Source: Ylistrum balloti (Eukaryota). Taken from it: a stretch of 64,000 nt of DNA. Where the stretch lies: NCBI RefSeq assembly GCF_031769215.1, contig NW_026782072.1, positions 1,116,001-1,180,000 of the forward strand. The letters run 5' to 3'. The first letter of the stretch is position 1. Each line of letters begins with the position of its first letter. The notes below the pieces were generated by a model, which saw nothing but the letters and a program-made list of their open reading frames with translations, made no database searches and was not told where the DNA came from. Shown piece by piece: positions 22,690 through 34,842 of the stretch. The position numbers and the translations under genes are program-made.

Positions 22690-23660
22690 GTCCGTCCGTC
22701 CGTCGTCCATCCAGAAACATTTTTTTTGTTATCGCTATCTCTGGAGAAGCACTGAACGGATGATTCTCAGTACGTTTCTCTTTAGTTGTAAATCCTCCAT
22801 TTTTGGATGGATCGGGATAACAGCATGGTCGGCAGGTGGCCATCTTGAATTTCGACAGTCAAAGTTCCCATCACTTTTTCTGGAGAAGTGTGTAATGGAT
22901 CATTGTCAAATTTTATAAATAAGTTAAGTTTTGTCCTTTGTTGTGCATAGTCAGTATTTGAAGACACACCCATGCACACAAACAAAATGATGCAGTCTGG
23001 GTGTTTGAGAGTCATAGTTGGTAATAAGTATTTCTTTAGAAGTACTAGATGGATCATTATCAATTTCAGATGCAGCTTTCCCTTAGAGTCTTACCAGTTT
23101 GGGAATAGGTCGGCAAAAACAAAATGACTGATAAGCGGCCAACTTGGATTTTGACTATGGAAGTTTAAACCGCTATTTCTTGAGATATACTAGATCAATG
23201 TTATATATGCGTAGATTTACCTTGGTCTCTAGAGGTGTTCTAGTGATTTTGGGACTGATCAGAAAAAAAAACAACATGGATGAAAGGAAGCAATATTTGA
23301 TCAGGACTATAAATATATTTTCCAAATTTCATAAGCAGATTTCCTTTGGTCCCTATTTGTGCCAATTTGATTTTGGGACGGACCAAGAAATGTCAATGAC
23401 GAACAAGCGGCCATCTTGGATTTTGACAATGGAAGTTTATCATTACTATTTCTTGGACGGATCTTTCTCAAATTTCTCACGTAGTGTGCCATTACTATCT
23501 AGTTGTGTACTTTTTATTTTGGGACCGACAAAGCCAAACAAAAGGTAAATGTTTGTTATTGATTTTTCTTGAAAAAGTAAAAAGACGGACGTTAAAAGAA
23601 AAAAAGAAAAAAAGGGGGATGAACGGAAAAGAAGGAAAAGATTAAACCCTTTTAAGAATT
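22690..23660 (+). mobile_element. Pearl-like / Helentron-type non-autonomous element with internal ~150-bp core repeats
   Basis: A (GTCC)n tract at ~22690 and repeated GGCGGCCATCTTG(G/A)ATTTT boxes. The end region is similar to the reverse complement of 56490-56620. Confidence 0.6.
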
Positions 23661-24096
23661 AAATAAAAATCAAGTTATAGCAGGCGCCATAATCTCTGTG
23701 TGATTCCTTGTTTTTAAACGGATGTTTACATATTTTGGTACATATAAAATTCATCGTAAGGAAATAATCAAGCTGGAAAAGGGAATGGAAGAAACAAGAC
23801 ATATCTTTATCCTCTTCTGTGTTAACCTCAAATATGCTCAGTCATTAATGATGATACAAGAATAACGACATCGAAGGTTATCATGATAAGATATGATTTT
23901 ATACATCTACTTGATCTGGATTAAAATACGTATATCATCAATTTATAACAACATCAAACCTGTACCTATTACAACGATAACTGAGATTTAGTTCATTATG
24001 ACGTGACTTACAGATAATTTATGATAGCATATACATAGAGATATGTTAGAATGTATATAGATAACAACACATCACGAGTGTGCTATGTCATGCACA

Positions 24097-25926
24097 AGAT
24101 ACGTCTACCCAATCTGTGGATATTTAAAGATACGAGTACCCAATCTGTGGATATTTAAAGAGACGTCTACCAAATCTGTGGATATTTAAAATTACGTCTA
24201 CCCAATCTGTGAATATTTAAAGATACGTCTTTCCAATCTGTGGATATTAAAAGAGACGTCTACCCAATCTGTGGATATTAAAAGATACGCCTACCCAATC
24301 TGTAGATATTTAAAGATACGCCTACCCAATCTGTAGATATTTATAGATACGCCTACCCAATCTGTAGATATTTAAAGATACGCCTACCCAATCTGTGAAT
24401 ATTTAAAATTACGTCTACCCAATCTGTGGATATCAAAAGATACGTCTTCCCAATCTGTAGATATTTATAGATACGCCTACCCAATCTGTAGATATTAAAA
24501 GATACGCCTACCCAATCTGTAGATATTTATAGATACGCCTACCCAATCTGTAGATATTTAAAGATACGCCTACCCAATCTGTAGATATTTATAGATACGC
24601 CTACCCAATCTGTAGATATTTAAAGATACGCCTACCCAATCTGTAGATATTTAAAGATACGCCTACCAAATCTGTGAATATTTAAAATTACGTCTACCCA
24701 ATCTGTGGATATCAAAAGATACGTCTTCCCAATCTGTAGATATTTATAGATACGCCTACCCAATCTGTAGATATTAAAAGATACGCCTACCCAATCTGTG
24801 GATATCTAAAATAACGTATACCCCATCTGTGAATATTTAAAATTACGTCTACCCAATCTGTGAATATTTAAAGAGACGTCTACCCAATCTGTAGATATTT
24901 AAAGATACGTCTACCCAATCTGTAGATATTTAAAGATACGTCTACCCCATCTGTGAATATTTAAAATTACGTCTACCCAGTCTGTGAATATTTAAAGAGA
25001 CGTCTACCCAATTTGTGGATATTTAAAGACACGTCTACCCAATCTGTGGATATTAAAAGAGACGTCTACCCCATCTGTGAATATTAAAAGATACGCCTAC
25101 CCAATCTGTAGATATTTAAAGACACGTCTACTCAATCTGTGGATATTTAAAGATACGTCTACCCAATCTGTAGATATTTAAAGATACGTCTACCCCATCT
25201 GTGAATATTTAAAATTACGTCTACCCAGTCTGTGAATATTTAAAGAGACGTCTACCCAATTTGTGGATATTTAAAGATAAGTCTACCCAATCTGTGGATA
25301 TTTAAAGACACGTCTACCCAGTCTGTAGATATTTAAAGACACGTCTACCCAGTCTGTGAATATTTAAAGAGACGTCTACCCAATCTGTAGATATTTAAAG
25401 ACACGTCTACCCAGTCTGTGAATATTTAAAGAGACGTCTACCCAATTTGTGGATATTTAAAGACACGTCTACCCAATCTGTGGATATTAAAAGATAAGTC
25501 TACCCAATCTGTAGATATTTAACGATACGTCTACTCAATCTGTGGATATTTAAAGATACGTCTACCCAATCTGTAGATATTTAAAGATACGTCTACTCAA
25601 TCTGTGGATATTTAAAGATAAGTCTACCCAATCTGTAGATATTTAACGATACGTCTACTCAATCTGTGGATATTTAAAGATACGTCTACCCAATCTGTAG
25701 ATATTTAAAGATAAGTCTACCCAATCTGTAGATATTTAAAGATAAGTCTACCCAATCTGTGGATATTTAAAGATACGTCTACCCAATCTGTGGATATTTA
25801 ACGATACGTCTACCCAATCTGTGGATATTTAAAGAGACGTCTACCCAATCTGTGGATATTTAAAGAGACGTCTACCCAATCTGTGGATATTTAAAGATAC
25901 GTCTACCCAATCTGTGAATATTTAAA
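24097..25926. repeat. 31-bp minisatellite (~59 copies)
   Basis: Unit AGATACGTCTACCCAATCTGTGGATATTTAA with patterned variants. Confidence 0.97.
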
Positions 25927-26237
25927 CTATCAATAACAAAGCAAAATTTTTTCTATCCCGTACTTTCCACTGTGTTGTTAAGCGTGTTTCTAATTCGCCA
26001 TCTGATATTTGGATTTGAATAACTAAAAAAGCTTCATCCCAAAATTCAAACCGAAGGTACCTACAAGAAATTCGCTTAAATTTTGTCATTAATAGAATTC
26101 TTTTAAATAAACGCATTGTTAGCAAGCTTTAACGGCGCTAGGAATGAGATGACTTAATTCATAAAATTCTTTGTTATAAGAACCATTATATCCTTTAAAC
26201 AACTAGTTGTTTCTACGTGTTTGTACTAATTTTGGCC

Positions 26238-27938
26238 CTAAAGTTACTCTAAAAGGTTACAAAAGTTACTCTACAAGTTACTCTACAAGTTTACAAAAGT
26301 TACTATACAAGTTACTCTACAAGTTACTCTACAAGGTTACAAAAGTTACTATACAAGTTACTCTACAAGTTACTCTACAAGGTTACAAAAGTTACTCTAC
26401 AAGTTACTATATAAGTTACTCTACAAGGTTACAAAAGTTACTATACAAGTTACTCTACAAGTTACTCTACAAGGTTACAAAAGTTACTCTACAAGGTTAC
26501 AAAAGTTACTCTACAAGTTACTATATAAGTTACTCTACAAGGTTACAAAAGTTACTATACAAGTTACTCTACAAGTTACTCTACAAGGTTACAAAAGTTA
26601 CTCTACAAGGTTACAAAAGTTACTCTACAAGTTACTATATAAGTTACTCTTCAAGCTATTCTACAAGGTTACAAAAGTTACTCTACAAGTTACTCTACAA
26701 GTTACTCTACAAGGTTACAAAAGTTACTCTACAAGTTACTATATAAGTTACTCTACAAGGTTACAAAAGTTACTATACAAGTTACTCTACAAGTTACTCT
26801 TCAAGTTACTCTACAAGTTACTCTTCAAGTTACTCTTGAAGTTACTCTTCAAGTTACTCTACAAGGTTTCAAAAGTTACTCTTCAAGTTACTCTACAAGT
26901 TTACAAAAGTTACTCTACAAGTTACTCTACAAGGTTACAAAAGTTACTATATAAGTTACTCTACAAGTTACTCTACAATGTTACAAAAGTTACTATATAA
27001 GTTACTCTACAAGTTACTCTACAAGTTACTCTTCAAGTTATTCTACAAGGTTACAAAAGTTACTATATAAGTTACTCTACAAGTTACTCTACAAGTTACG
27101 CTTCAAGGTATTCTACAAGGTTACAAAAGTTACTCTACAAGTTACTCTACAAGTTACTCTACAAGTTACTCTTCAAGTTATTCTACAAGGTTACAAAAGT
27201 TACTCTACAAGTTACTATATAAGTTACTCTACATGTTACTCTTCAAGTTACTCTACAAGTTACTCTTCAAGTTACTCTTCAAGTTACTCTACAAGTTACT
27301 CTTCAAGTTACTCTTCAAGTTACTCTACAAGGTTTCAAAAGTTACTCTACAAGTTACTCTACAAGTTTACAAAAGTTACTCTACAAGTTCCTTTACAAGT
27401 TACTCTACAAGTTACTCTTCAAGTTATTCTACAAGGTTACAAAAGTTACTCTACAAGTTACTCTACAAGGTTACAAAAGTTACTCTACAAGTTACTATAT
27501 AAGTTACTCTACAAGGTTACAAAAGTTACTCTACAAGTTACTCTTCAAGTTACCCTACAAGTTACTCTACAAGTTACTCTTCAAGTTACTCTACAAGTTT
27601 ACAAAAGTTACTATACAAGTTACTCTACAAGTTACTCTTCAAGTTACTCTACAAGTTACTCTTCAAGTTACTCTTCAAGTTACTCTACAAGGTTACAAAA
27701 GTTACTATACAAGTTACTCTACAAGTTACTATACAAGTTACTCTACAAGTTACTCTTCAAGTTACTCTACAAGTTACTCTTCAAGTTACTCTACAAGGTT
27801 ACAAAAGTTACTATACAGGTTACTCTACAAGTTACTCTTCAAGTTACTCTACAAGTTACTCTACAAGTTACTCTTCAAGTTACTCTTCAAGTTACTCTAC
27901 AAGGTTACAAAAGTTACTCTACAAGTTACTCTACAAGT
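26238..27938. repeat. Compound 12-bp/10-bp simple satellite
   Basis: CAAGTTACTCTA units irregularly interspersed with CAAGGTTACAA. The ORFs at 26207 and 27233 are artefacts of the repeat. Confidence 0.96.
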
Positions 27939-28479
27939 GCAAATAAAAAAAATCAATTTTAAAGCAATATATCAAACCGGTTGTAATACTTGACGTATAC
28001 ATTGACTACTTGTATATATAACTTTATATTGTTGAAGGATTTTTGTGTTTGTTGTTTTGTATCTACATGTATTTGTAAGATATATTCAGAACATTTTCAG
28101 GTCACTTACTAGTATCAATTAAATGTGTCATTTTCGACTCAGTATTTTAATTCCTACCTTGTCTTAATCAATGGTTACACCTAAGATAAGATCATACGAT
28201 TCACAATAAATGCCATCCCACTAAGTGAGGCCTACTAAATTCCTTTGTGCGATATGAAGTCGACTGTATTTGATACTCATTAATATGTCTGGTAGTTTTG
28301 CTGTTATTAATCTGATTTTCATTGGAAAACGTGACATTACTAATTCAGATTGACCTAAGAGTAGAGAAAAGCTTTAGCCTATTTTGAATACGTTTCTTCA
28401 GATCAGTTTGATGTTCCTGGAATCCTCGGAAGGAACTATGATGTGCACGATTTGATGCCTACAGTCATTTTTTCAAGAG

Positions 28480-31400
28480 CAAGAAGCAACTACGATATTT
28501 AATTCCAACATTTTCTGTTTGCAGGATACTCATTTTACCGAACAGCAGGAAAATATTATAAGAAATGAATGGGGTTTCCAGTGCTATTTTAATTCCTACA
28601 GGTCAAATGCAAGAGGGGTTGCTGTTCTCTTTAAAAATGACTTTGAATTCAAAGTGCTTAAAGAAAAGAAAGATGGTAGTGGGAATTTTTTTAGGTTTAG
28701 ATATTGAAATTGAGTCTTCTAGAATAACTCTTATTAATATCTATGGTCCAAATAAGGATGACCCTGGTTTTTATGATGTTTTGTCAGAGACTGTTGAAGA
28801 GTTTGATAATAAATATACAATTATTTGTGGAGATTTCAACCTAGTTTTGAATCCAGACTTAGATTATAATAAGAATTACAAAAGGCTTAATAATCCCAAA
28901 GCTAGAGATAGGGTTTTACAAATTATTGATAATCTGGCATTAGTAGACTTTTTTCAGGGACCAGCATGGAGATATAAGAAGGTAAAAGTAATCCCTTAAG
29001 ACAAGCACGGTTAGATTTTTTGTCTTGTATCTGATAATCTTATTTCAAGTATTAACAAGTCAAGTATAGAATCTGGATATTGTTCCGATCATTCATTTCC
29101 TACAATATCATTCAAATTTCATAAATTTGTAGCTGGTAAAGGGGTATGGAAATTTAACAATAGTTTACTACAGGATATGGAGTATTTAGATATAGTAAAA
29201 CAATGTATTACTGAGACAAAAATTCAATACTGTCTTCCAGTCTATAATTTATCAAATATAGGTAGTATTTCTGTTAACGATATTTTGTTCACAATAGATA
29301 ATCAACTGTTTCTTGAAACTTTACTTATGCAAATCAGAGGGAAAACAATATCATACTCATCCTATAAGAAAAAAACAGCAGAATATTAGGGAAGACAATC
29401 TCAAGACAATGATAAAAACACTTGAAGAACAAGAGAATATAGATATTATTGATTTGGAATTAAAGAAGAAAGAATTACAGTCAATAAAAGAAAGGAAAGT
29501 AAGAGGTAGTGTAATAAGATCTCGTTCTAAATGGATCCAAGTAGGGGAAAAACCACGAGAAATCATAAAAGTCCTGGTATTGTTGGTTTTACAGTTGAGT
29601 TCTTCTAGTGTTTTTAGAAGTATTTAGGTAATTTTGTTGTTCGGTCTATAAATTTGGGTTATCATGCTGGTAGTTTATCAATTTTTCAAAGACTAGGTAT
29701 TATTACATGTATCCCTAAGGGAGAAAAACCCAGACATTTTATAAAAAATTGGAGGCCAATTTCTCTGTTAAGTGTAATCTATAAAATAGCATCAGGTACT
29801 ATAGCTGGTCGACTTAAAACCGTTCTAGATAGACTAATAGACAGAGATCAGACAGGATTTTTAGCGGGACGGTATATAGGAGAAACTTGACTTGTTTATG
29901 ATGTTATGCAATATGCAGAAGAAAAGGATATTCCAGGCATGTTTTTAATGATAGACTTTGAAAAAGCGTTTGATTCGGTCTCTTGGATTTTTATTGAAAA
30001 AGTATTACATTTTCTGGGTTTTGGAAACTGTATAATTAATTGGTTTAAAGTTTTACATAATAATGTTAGTGCTACCATTAATCAGGAAGGGAACTTATCT
30101 TCATTTTTTCCTATAAAAAGAGGTTGTCGTCAAGGTGATCCAATTGCGCCATATATTTTCATTCTCTGTGCAGAAATTTTAGCCATTAGAGTAAGACACA
30201 ACCATAAAATCAAAGGTATTAATAACTGTCCCATTCTTCTGTCGCAGTATGCCGATGATGCATCACTTGCACTCCATGGTAACGAATTATCACTGCAAGA
30301 ATCAATCAAAGAGCATAATTCCTATGCAAGAATGTCAGGAAATAAATATTTCAAAAACTCAGATAGTTTGGATAGGTAGTAAGAAATATAGCACTGAGAA
30401 ATTTCTTCCAGAACTAAATTTACAATGGGGTAAAAATCACTTTACACTTTTTGGGATTGAATTCAATGTCAACTTGCGCAAGATACCCAAATTAAACTTT
30501 GATAAGAAACTAACAAAACTCAAATCACTTATTACTACACGGAAAAGAAGAATTTTAACACCGATAGGTAAAATGAACATAATCAGATCAACACTAATTT
30601 CACAACTTAATTACTTATTCATTGCACTGCCAAATCCAGATGACAAATTCCTTTCAGAACTTAACTCCATGTTATATGAGTTTTTGTGATAGTAAAAGAG
30701 ACAAAATTAGAAGGGATATTGTAATTCAGGATTACATTACTGGTTGGATCAAAATGGTAAATGTTAAAGCATTTATAGATTCACTTAAATTAAGTTGGAT
30801 CAGAAGGGTTTTTCAAAGTTCGTCAAAATGGCAAGCTATTTTTAAAACATATGTAAATATAGATTTATTAGCTAACTGTGGCACAGACTATATTCAGTTT
30901 TTTTAAAAATAAATGTAAAAATAAATTTTGGATTGATGTTTTAAAAGCCTGTCAAAATTTGCATGCTGCTAGTGATGGAAATATAGATAACAATGAAGTT
31001 TACTTGAAAACCCCTTTATGGTACAACAATAAAATAACTATAGACAGAAAATCTGTATTCATCAAAGACTGGTATGACAGAGGAGTTATGATAACAGATG
31101 ATCTGATAAAAGATCATCATTCTGGTGGATTTTATACTTTCCATGAATTCACTCAAGTATATCAGGTACAGGCTAATTTTCTTCAATATCATAGTGTTCT
31201 TTCTGCAATCAAGAAATATAACTTTCCATGTTCAAAAATTTTACTTCCAACTATTCCTTTACACTTAGAATTATTTTTAAGAATGTCTAAGGGTTCTAAA
31301 CACTATTATAAGATTCTTATAAAAAAAACAATGTAGTACCTTCAGGTCAGAAAAAATGGAATAACACTTTTAATATAAGTAATTCCACTTGGCATCAGAT

Positions 31401-32039
31401 ATTCAAACTTCCTTTTCTGGTCACTAAAAATACTAAACTTCAATGGTTTCAGTGTAGAATTAATCATCATATTCTGACTGCAAATTCCTTCCTGTTCAAA
31501 GCACGTCTAGTGGTATCTCCTTTGTGTATCCTTTGTAATTCTGAAACTGAAACAACTATTGTCAGGAGGTCCAAAATCTTGGTTGTTAGATATTCTTACT
31601 ATTCCTTTTAATTTTAACAAAGAATCTTATCTCTTTGGATTTCTTACGCAAAATTTGAATAACAGTAAGATTGTTAATGAAATACTTCTTATTATTAAAC
31701 ATTACATTTACAAAATGCGATGTCTTCATAAATCTTTGAATATAAATGCATTAGTAAACACAATTAAGGATAACCATAATGCTCAGAAGTATACAGCGGT
31801 AAGTAAAGGTGATGCTGTTAAAGAATGGAAAAAAAAGGGAAAACTTGTTAGTCTATAATTTGTATATGTTCTATGATTATGATTAAATATAGATAGCGCT
31901 TGACATTCATTTTTATCTTATCTATTTTTCTCTCAATTCCCCTGGCCTTGGGAAATGTTGATGATGATGTACATGGCATGCATAATAATGATGATAATGA
32001 TAATGATGTACATGGCATGCATAATAATGGTAATGATGG

Positions 32040-32083
<44 letters not shown>

Positions 32084-32359
32084 TATGGCATGCATGATGA
32101 TGTATATGGCATGGATGATGACGATGAAATTGATGATGATAATGATGTACATGGCATGGATGATAATGATGATGTACATGACATGCATGATGATAATGAT
32201 GAAGAGGGAGATGATGTACATGGCACGCATGATGAGGAGAAGGAGCGTGATGATGATGATGATGATGATGATGGTGATGATGGTGATGTACATGGCATTG
32301 ATGTTGATGAGGATGATAATGATGTACATGGCATGGACGACGACGACGACGACGACGAC

Positions 32360-32414
<55 letters not shown>

Positions 32415-32523
32415 TATCAGCAACTGTTATTCTATAATATATATGAATGTGTGTGAAAGTTTTGTGTGGTGATGTATTGTTGTTATGTTTCTGTAATTTT
32501 AAAAAAATCTGAGGAAAAAAAAC
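28480..32523 (+). mobile_element. Degenerate L1/Tx1-clade LINE: ORF2 (APE + RT + Cys-rich end) and 3' UTR
   Basis: APE motifs FCLQDTHF, INIYGPN and ICGDFN. RT motifs KSPG, NWRPISLL, IDFEKAFDSV, RGCRQGDP and QYADD. CILCNSETE near 31525. Many frameshifts and stops; an internal deletion joins WIQVGEKP to NHKSPG at ~29555. A-rich tail at ~32500-32523. Confidence 0.92.
31873..32437 (+). other. (GAT)n/GATGTACATGGCATG compound repeat readable as signal peptide + Asp-rich DVHGM-repeat protein (interrupted)
   Basis: Reads MIMIKYR*RLTFIFILSIFLSIPLALG-NVDDDVHGMH... with one in-frame TAG (31894-31896) and a 2-nt loss (GATGTA[CA]TGG) near 32086. The repeat is certain; coding status is not. Confidence 0.35.
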
Positions 32524-33938
32524 CGATATTTAATTCTGGATCCTGTTAATAATCCATTATATTCTTTCTGTGCTTTTAGTTCACATTCTAAAATCACACA
32601 TTTAAAAAATCATCACCAGAACAGAGGTTTGATTTCAGAAATGTTGACCTCCTGACCTTCATATATCGTTTATCTAATCACAACGTAATACACAGACAAA
32701 ACATCTACAAACTGACATATTGAGTATCCCACATAACTTTGTAAGGTCAGTTAAAGACTACAATACATTGGCATTAGTTTACATTGACTATGTCCAATCC
32801 AGTCAACAATGACTTTCAGACATCCTCAATGTAAATTCTTTGTTATTGTGCACGGCGTTGATTATGTGTGTTTCAATAATCTAATGTAAGGTGTGATTTG
32901 TACAGACTACAGTTTTTCTGCTTTGTGTCTGTGTGTCTGACAAATCCTTGAACTAAGGTTAACATTCAACTCCCATTGTTATCAGTATATATATATATAT
33001 ATATATTTACATACAACAATGGCCTTGTGCCGTAATATGTCGGCTACGTATCTGTTTATCACTTCCGTGGCTTTAATGGACTTAAACACGAGATAATATT
33101 TTGTTATCTTGTCAGTGACGAGATACCAGGTCATCATCTACATGTACATACCAAGCTTAACTTCACAAAAGGCAGTAGCTCTCAAAATACATATAAAAGG
33201 TGAAAACTTGATATTCCATCAGGGACTGATCCAAGACATTTCAGAGAAAAACATAAAGAACCCATCAAATTATTTGCATATCGTTTTCTTGGTATATCAA
33301 ATATTCCAAAACAAGAATTCATAAACTGTTGCATCCTGATTAATCAACAATAAAAAAATCACACCTTATCAAAGAATTTGAGTTTCTAAATGAATTTTAT
33401 CAAGTCTACAGTATAGAAACTTGTCCTATCTTGTAATAGGGAACAAGGTAATACAGCTTCCGATATATAATAGTGTGACCAAGAGCCTTACAAAATTGTT
33501 GCCAATGAAATAATTTACATCCTCAGTTCCTACAATGATATTTTGTCTATAACTTGCTGAGTTTGTACCAATCAGAACCAAGTTTTCTATTTACAGCTTT
33601 GAAATTTGCAGATTTCGGTGTTCGTAGGCAAATGAAGCAGATGTTTGATAACTGTCGATTTCTTTAATGTTTGGCTGTGAACAATGCGTATTTCGTTTAA
33701 ATCAATATTTTGTATAAACTTGGTTAGGGTAATTAGCTATGGATAACATAAACAGATATAGAACTACATACAGATGTCAGCTATCATTTACTTGTTACAA
33801 ACCTAGTAAATAAAGATGGAAGACATTGCAGGTAGTCTTTTAGTCCCCGAGGTTTATCGTAACCTGCTACCACAGCTTATTACATTCAGACGCATTGTTC
33901 AGAATAAACGCATGCACTTGACGGTCTTTCGAAATTAT

Positions 33939-33979
<41 letters not shown>

Positions 33980-34842
33980 TTGTGTCCCTTTCAACCAGAT
34001 TTTGACTTTTATTCGATCAAAATCCTCCAAAGTTTCAAAGTTGTATGATGAGGTTTAATAGAATGGTTGACTATACTGTATCGAAATCTAAATTTGTAAT
34101 GAATTGTACGACTAGTATGTCTGATGTACATTTTTGTGTACTTTTCCCTTTAACATCATATATATATATAAGCAGTATCCATGTTTTTTCGCGAGTTACG
34201 TGTGAGAAGCGCCATGCTGTAGAAAAATATTGGGAAAACGTTAAATATCTTACATCGTTTATAAATATGTGTAGACTCGTTGTAACAAGTTTATAACTCC
34301 GCCTATTATAAAGTACACAAATTATTCAGAATTGTAAATAAGTTTTTAATCTGAATTTCTAAACAAGGAAGCATGCCAAAGGAGTTTAACAGAGATTGGT
34401 ATCTTAATAAGCCACACTTCCAAGTGTTGTATTCGCTTAAAAAATAAAAAGAAATATCTATAGCTTATATGCACTGGATGGCCTAGCTCATATTACTTGG
34501 TACCTGTATAGTTCTGTGTTATGTTGTTACATGCCCACTGTTTGTAAGAGGCGCCTTCATTTTACTCCAATGATTCTTTCCTGATCAACAAGTCTTCTGA
34601 ACGACTTAACCTAACGCTGCGAAGTTCTTCATTATTATATCATTAAGTTAGAGGAAACACTTTTATTACTGTTTGAAAATACAATCACAATATGATACAT
34701 ACATATACAATAAGTATTACCTGTGCCGGTAATACACCATAATTACTTTATTTGTTAGATATAACTGACAGATCAAACATTGTCTTTCTTGTTACATAAA
34801 GTTCCATAAATATATATATACACACACGATATGAGACACCAG

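Noticed and set aside
26207-27502. Leucine-zipper-like ORFs (KLLYKLLY...)
   Set aside because: Translation of the 12-bp simple repeat.
745-27938. Tandem arrays as CRISPR arrays
   Set aside because: The units are head-to-tail with no unique spacers, there are no cas genes, and the context is eukaryotic.
31848-32423. 191-aa poly-His ORF on the minus strand (and the poly-Ser, poly-Ile and poly-Met frames)
   Set aside because: These are the other frames of (GAT)n; there is no leader, start context or other evidence.
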